NCBI GenBank assembly: GCA_963737655.1
Contig: CAVTTN010000002.1
Coordinates: forward strand, 3,424,001 to 3,488,000
Direction of reading: 5' to 3'
Source: an uncultured Planctomycetota bacterium
GTDB taxonomy: Bacteria; Planctomycetota; Planctomycetia; Isosphaerales; Isosphaeraceae
DNA length: 64,000 nucleotides
Shown here piece after piece: positions 60,809 through 64,000 of this stretch; positions within the stretch are counted from its first letter, which is position 1, and each line of letters opens with the position of its first letter. The translations under genes and the position numbers were made by a program. The notes below the pieces were generated by a model, which was not told the DNA's origin, made no database searches, and saw only the letters and a program-made list of their open reading frames with translations.

Positions 60809-62323
60809 TCACGGAGTCGTCGAGTTTGACGGCAGGCTCGACGTCGGGATCAAGGTCCCACTGCCCAGGCTGGCCGTGGAACTGCTGGTCAGGGTCGAGC
60901 CGGTGGCGGTCGTTCCGGTCGGGGTCGTGCCGGTGGAGGAGGTCGTCCCGGTCGTCGGGTTGGTCGTGGTGGCCCCGGTCCCGGTGCTATACGTGGTCGT
61001 TCCGGTCGCCGGGTTGGTCGTGCCGGTCCCCCCGTTGAGGATCGTCCCGACGGTCGTTCCGACCGTCGAGGCGCCGGAAGTCAATCCGTTAGCGGGATTG
61101 CCGATGCTCCCGGTCAATCCGGTGCTGCCATACGTCCCTCCGCCGATGGCCTGGAGGCCGGTGGAGGTCGAGCCGGGCGAGCCGATCGTGCCGACGGTGA
61201 CCGTGCCCGGCCCGCCGATGTACGAGGTGCTGTCGCCGTTCGTGGCGGTGTTGCTCGAGGACGAGGACGACGAGGTCGAAGAGGACGACGTCGAGGGCGT
61301 CAGGGTCGCCAGGGTGCCTCCCGGGGAGGCGCCGAACCGAGCCAGGAACTCGGGGGAGCTGAGGAACTGGTTGAGCACGGCCTTGCGGCTCAGGCCGCGC
61401 TGCATCTTGCCGGTCCAGAACGCGACGTCGCCCGCTGAGGGCCCGCGGTCGAGGACTTCGGCATACAGGGCATCGACGAACGCCGTCCGGGTGCGGTCGT
61501 TTCGGAACGCGGAGAGGGTGAAGGTGGGGGCAATTCCCCGGCCCTGGGCCGAGACGATCGGCGCTTGCGACCCGACGGACGCCCCGGCCAGGGCCGGCGA
61601 AGCGGTCGAGCCGTTCGAGGTGGTCAGGGAGGGCGTCGCCGCCTCCTGGCCGAGCTGGAGGAGGTCCCGACGGATCGCCTGCACCCCGACGCCTTTCCGG
61701 AGGAGTTTGGTGAAATGCGTCAGCTCGGAGGCCTGGGGATTGCGATCGAGGAGGCCGTTGAACAGGCCGATCACCCGGTTCTGGGCGGGGTTCGCCCCCA
61801 CGGAGACGCCGTTGGAGGGCGCCGAGGCCACGCCCGAGCCGGAAGCCGTCGAGGCCGTCCCCAAGAACCCGGCCAGCACGCTGCTCGCGACGGTCGTCCC
61901 CGAGCTCGTCCCCGAAGTACCGGAGGTCGTGGTCGTGGTGGAACCCGAAGGATCAAAAATACTCCCGGTCGCGCCGGCGTTGGTGAGGGCGGTGCCGCTG
62001 GTCACGAATGCGCCGGTGACCCCGGTGTCGGGCGTGCTGGTGTCCCCGGCGACGTTGCCTCCCACGCCGTTGGAGCCGAGGTCGCCGGCGGTTCCGGTGC
62101 CGGTGCCGGTGCCGGTCCCGTTGGGGATGATCCCGGTGCCGATGCTGGCGGTCGGGCTGGTCCCGGGGAAGCCGGTGGTGTTGCTCGTCTCGCCGTTGCC
62201 GATCGTGATCGTCGGGTAGGACGTCACAGGCGCGGGCGTGACCGTTGCGAGCAGAGCCCGGCCTTCCAGGGTTTCGAGCTTCAGGTCTCGGCGGCTGGTG
62301 GGCCGTGGGATGGACGTGTTCAT
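60809..62323 (-). CDS. Thr/Ser/Gly-rich surface protein with LEPRxLL motif and two DUF4214-like repeats
   Basis: RRDLKLETLEGRALLA; LFNGLLDRNP and FVDALYAEVLDRGP..FW..LSRKAVLNQFLSSPEF. Confidence 0.8.
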   Translation of the reverse strand: MNTSIPRPTSRRDLKLETLEGRALLATVTPAPVTSYPTITIGNGETSNTTGFPGTSPTASIGTGIIPNGTGTGTGTGTAGDLGSNGVGGNVAGDTSTPDTGVTGAFVTSGTALTNAGATGSIFDPSGSTTTTTSGTSGTSSGTTVASSVLAGFLGTASTASGSGVASAPSNGVSVGANPAQNRVIGLFNGLLDRNPQASELTHFTKLLRKGVGVQAIRRDLLQLGQEAATPSLTTSNGSTASPALAGASVGSQAPIVSAQGRGIAPTFTLSAFRNDRTRTAFVDALYAEVLDRGPSAGDVAFWTGKMQRGLSRKAVLNQFLSSPEFLARFGASPGGTLATLTPSTSSSSTSSSSSSSNTATNGDSTSYIGGPGTVTVGTIGSPGSTSTGLQAIGGGTYGSTGLTGSIGNPANGLTSGASTVGTTVGTILNGGTGTTNPATGTTTYSTGTGATTTNPTTGTTSSTGTTPTGTTATGSTLTSSSTASLGSGTLIPTSSLPSNSTTP

Positions 62324-62453
62324 CTCGTCTCCGTGGAAAGACCCTCGACGCCCCTCGACGTTGGTCCTGGGGGCGTCTTGACCCGTTCTGCCTTGTCGCT
62401 GTCGGGGCCGATCGGTGGCTTGACCGATCGACCCTGGATGGGAAGTCTGAAAC

Positions 62454-62469
62454 GCAACGGGCGTGCCAA
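62454..62469 (-). promoter_or_regulatory. Consensus sigma54 promoter for the surface-protein gene
   Basis: Minus strand TTGGCACGCCCGTTGC. Confidence 0.75.
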
Positions 62470-62602
62470 ACGTAAAGGGTTGCAAGAATGACGACGACCG
62501 TCCGGAGCCTCGGCGACCGATCCCGAAGGGGTTCCGGCTCCTCCGACGGCCGGGATGGTGTATAGTGATGGCTCGCCACCCCAGCCTCGCGGGCCCACGA
62601 CC

Positions 62603-63877
62603 ATGATCGACCCGACCGCCGACCGCAACCTGATCGAGGGGACCGCCCCGGCCTCGGGCGACGAGTATTCGATCTCCGTGGCCTCCCGGGTCCGCAACCT
62701 CCCGCCGTACCTGTTTGGCAAGATCAACGACCTGAAACAGAGGATGCGACGGGCCGGCCACGACGTGATCGACCTGGGGATGGGCAATCCGACCGACCCA
62801 CCTCACCCCACCATCATCGACAAGCTCTGCGAGGCCGCCCGGGACGACCGGAACCACCGCTACAGCGTGGCCGCCGGGGTCCTGAACCTCCGCCGCGAGG
62901 TCGCCAAGCGGTACGAGGCTCGGTTCGGGGCCTCGCTCGACCCCGACTCGGAGATCGTCGCGACGATCGGGTCGAAGGAGGGGTTCAGCCACATGTGCCT
63001 GGCCCTCCTCGGACCCGGAGACACCGCCTTGGTACCGGCGCCGACGTTCCCGATCCACGTCCACGCCATCGCCCTGGCCGACGCCAACGCCGTCGCCCTG
63101 GACGTCCGCGATTCCGACGCCTTCCTCGCCAACGTCGCCCGGATGTGCGAGAGCCTGTTCCCGAAGCCGAAGGTGCTCGTCCTGAACTACCCGCACAACC
63201 CCACGGGGAAGGTCGTCGATCGGGCGTTCTTCGAGGAAATCGTGAAGCTGGCCAGGCGATTCGGCTTCCTCGTGGTCCACGACTTCGCCTATGGCGACGT
63301 GAGCTTCGACGGCCACGAGGCGCCGAGCTTCCTCTCGGTGCCCGGCGCGAAGGAGGTGGGCGTCGAGTTCACGACGATGTCCAAGGGGTACAACATGGCG
63401 GGCTGGCGAGTGGGTTTCGCCGCCGGGCATCGCGAGATCATCCGGGCCCTGAAGACGATCAAGGGCTACTACGACTACGGGCTATTCCAGGCCGTCCAGA
63501 TCGCGGCGATCGTGGCCCTGAGGCACGGCGAGGACGCGAGGAAGGCCCAGGTGGCCGAATATCAGATGCGCCGGGACGTCCTGGTGGAGGGCCTCCACCG
63601 GATCGGCTGGGACGTGGAGACGCCCAGGGCCGGGATGTTCGCCTGGGCGAAGATCCCCGAGCCGTGGTCCTCCGCGATGGGCTCGATCGACTTCGCAATG
63701 AAGCTCCTGGAAGAGGCGGAGGTGGCGGTCAGCCCCGGTCGGGGGTTCGGCGAGCTGGGGGAGGGGTATCTGCGGCTCGCCCTGGTCGAGAACGACCAGA
63801 GGCTCCGCCAGGCGGTCCGTCAGATCGCCCGGGTCGGGAAACCGGACGGGAATCCCGGCCTCCGGGACCCCGCTTGA
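62603..63877 (+). CDS. Class I/II PLP aminotransferase (AlaC/YfdZ or LL-DAP aminotransferase-like)
   Basis: [48 protein letters not shown]. Confidence 0.92.
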   Translation: MIDPTADRNLIEGTAPASGDEYSISVASRVRNLPPYLFGKINDLKQRMRRAGHDVIDLGMGNPTDPPHPTIIDKLCEAARDDRNHRYSVAAGVLNLRREVAKRYEARFGASLDPDSEIVATIGSKEGFSHMCLALLGPGDTALVPAPTFPIHVHAIALADANAVALDVRDSDAFLANVARMCESLFPKPKVLVLNYPHNPTGKVVDRAFFEEIVKLARRFGFLVVHDFAYGDVSFDGHEAPSFLSVPGAKEVGVEFTTMSKGYNMAGWRVGFAAGHREIIRALKTIKGYYDYGLFQAVQIAAIVALRHGEDARKAQVAEYQMRRDVLVEGLHRIGWDVETPRAGMFAWAKIPEPWSSAMGSIDFAMKLLEEAEVAVSPGRGFGELGEGYLRLALVENDQRLRQAVRQIARVGKPDGNPGLRDPA

Positions 63878-63967
63878 CTCTGGCCGAAGGTCCCGATCTC
63901 CCGTATGTTCATCAGGATGGGCCGCCGGAGCCCTCTTGAACAGGGGCGGGACGTCGGAGGCGGGGCG

Positions 63968-64000
63968 ATGGACGACGGCTTGACCCGGGCTCTCGTGCAG
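63968..64000 (+). CDS. Possible start of a CDS running off the window
   Basis: GGAGG followed by ATG GAC GAC GGC TTG ACC CGG...; too short to identify. Confidence 0.3.
   Translation, partial: MDDGLTRALVQ

Noticed and set aside
42116..62219. Many long antisense ORFs (e.g. 42116..43948, 45711..48674, 58602..60812, 60876..62219)
   Set aside because: They are stop-poor shadows of real genes in high-GC DNA, with no recognisable motifs.

Overview
This is a high-GC bacterial chromosome segment, most likely Planctomycetota (Isosphaeraceae-like). That call is an inference from three proteins with LEPRxLL-type N-terminal motifs, an 'RFSIRGLM' membrane protein, and the gene content. Housekeeping and respiration: end of the F1Fo ATP synthase operon (atpG-atpD-atpC), a complete A2-type cytochrome c oxidase operon with its maturation genes, pyrF, tRNA-Pro(GGG), rarA, pit, glpD and an AlaC-like aminotransferase. 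Accessory modules: a metal-handling cluster (P1B ATPase, Cys-rich ferredoxin-like protein, COG0523, WD40), phoD, a nemR-SDR-nemA module, a sigma54 two-component module, a TetR-controlled ABC exporter, a MerR-HTH + VIT-vWA-kinase-like pair, several exported enzymes and several GTAG-type REP elements. About 15 single-base frameshifts, including one in atpD, look like assembly errors rather than true pseudogenes. Top observations: (1) a hidden exported peroxiredoxin-like selenoprotein with an in-frame TGA in a UxxC motif and a SECIS-like hairpin; (2) a ribosomal L7/L12 C-terminal-like domain inserted into cytochrome oxidase subunit III; (3) a leaderless, apparently autoregulated MerR-HTH/VIT-vWA-pseudokinase operon; (4) an orphan 20-aa IGQKID repeat protein; (5) a Pro-rich uORF plus hairpin in front of an RbfA-like paralog. 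No database searches were run; all family calls come from motif recognition.
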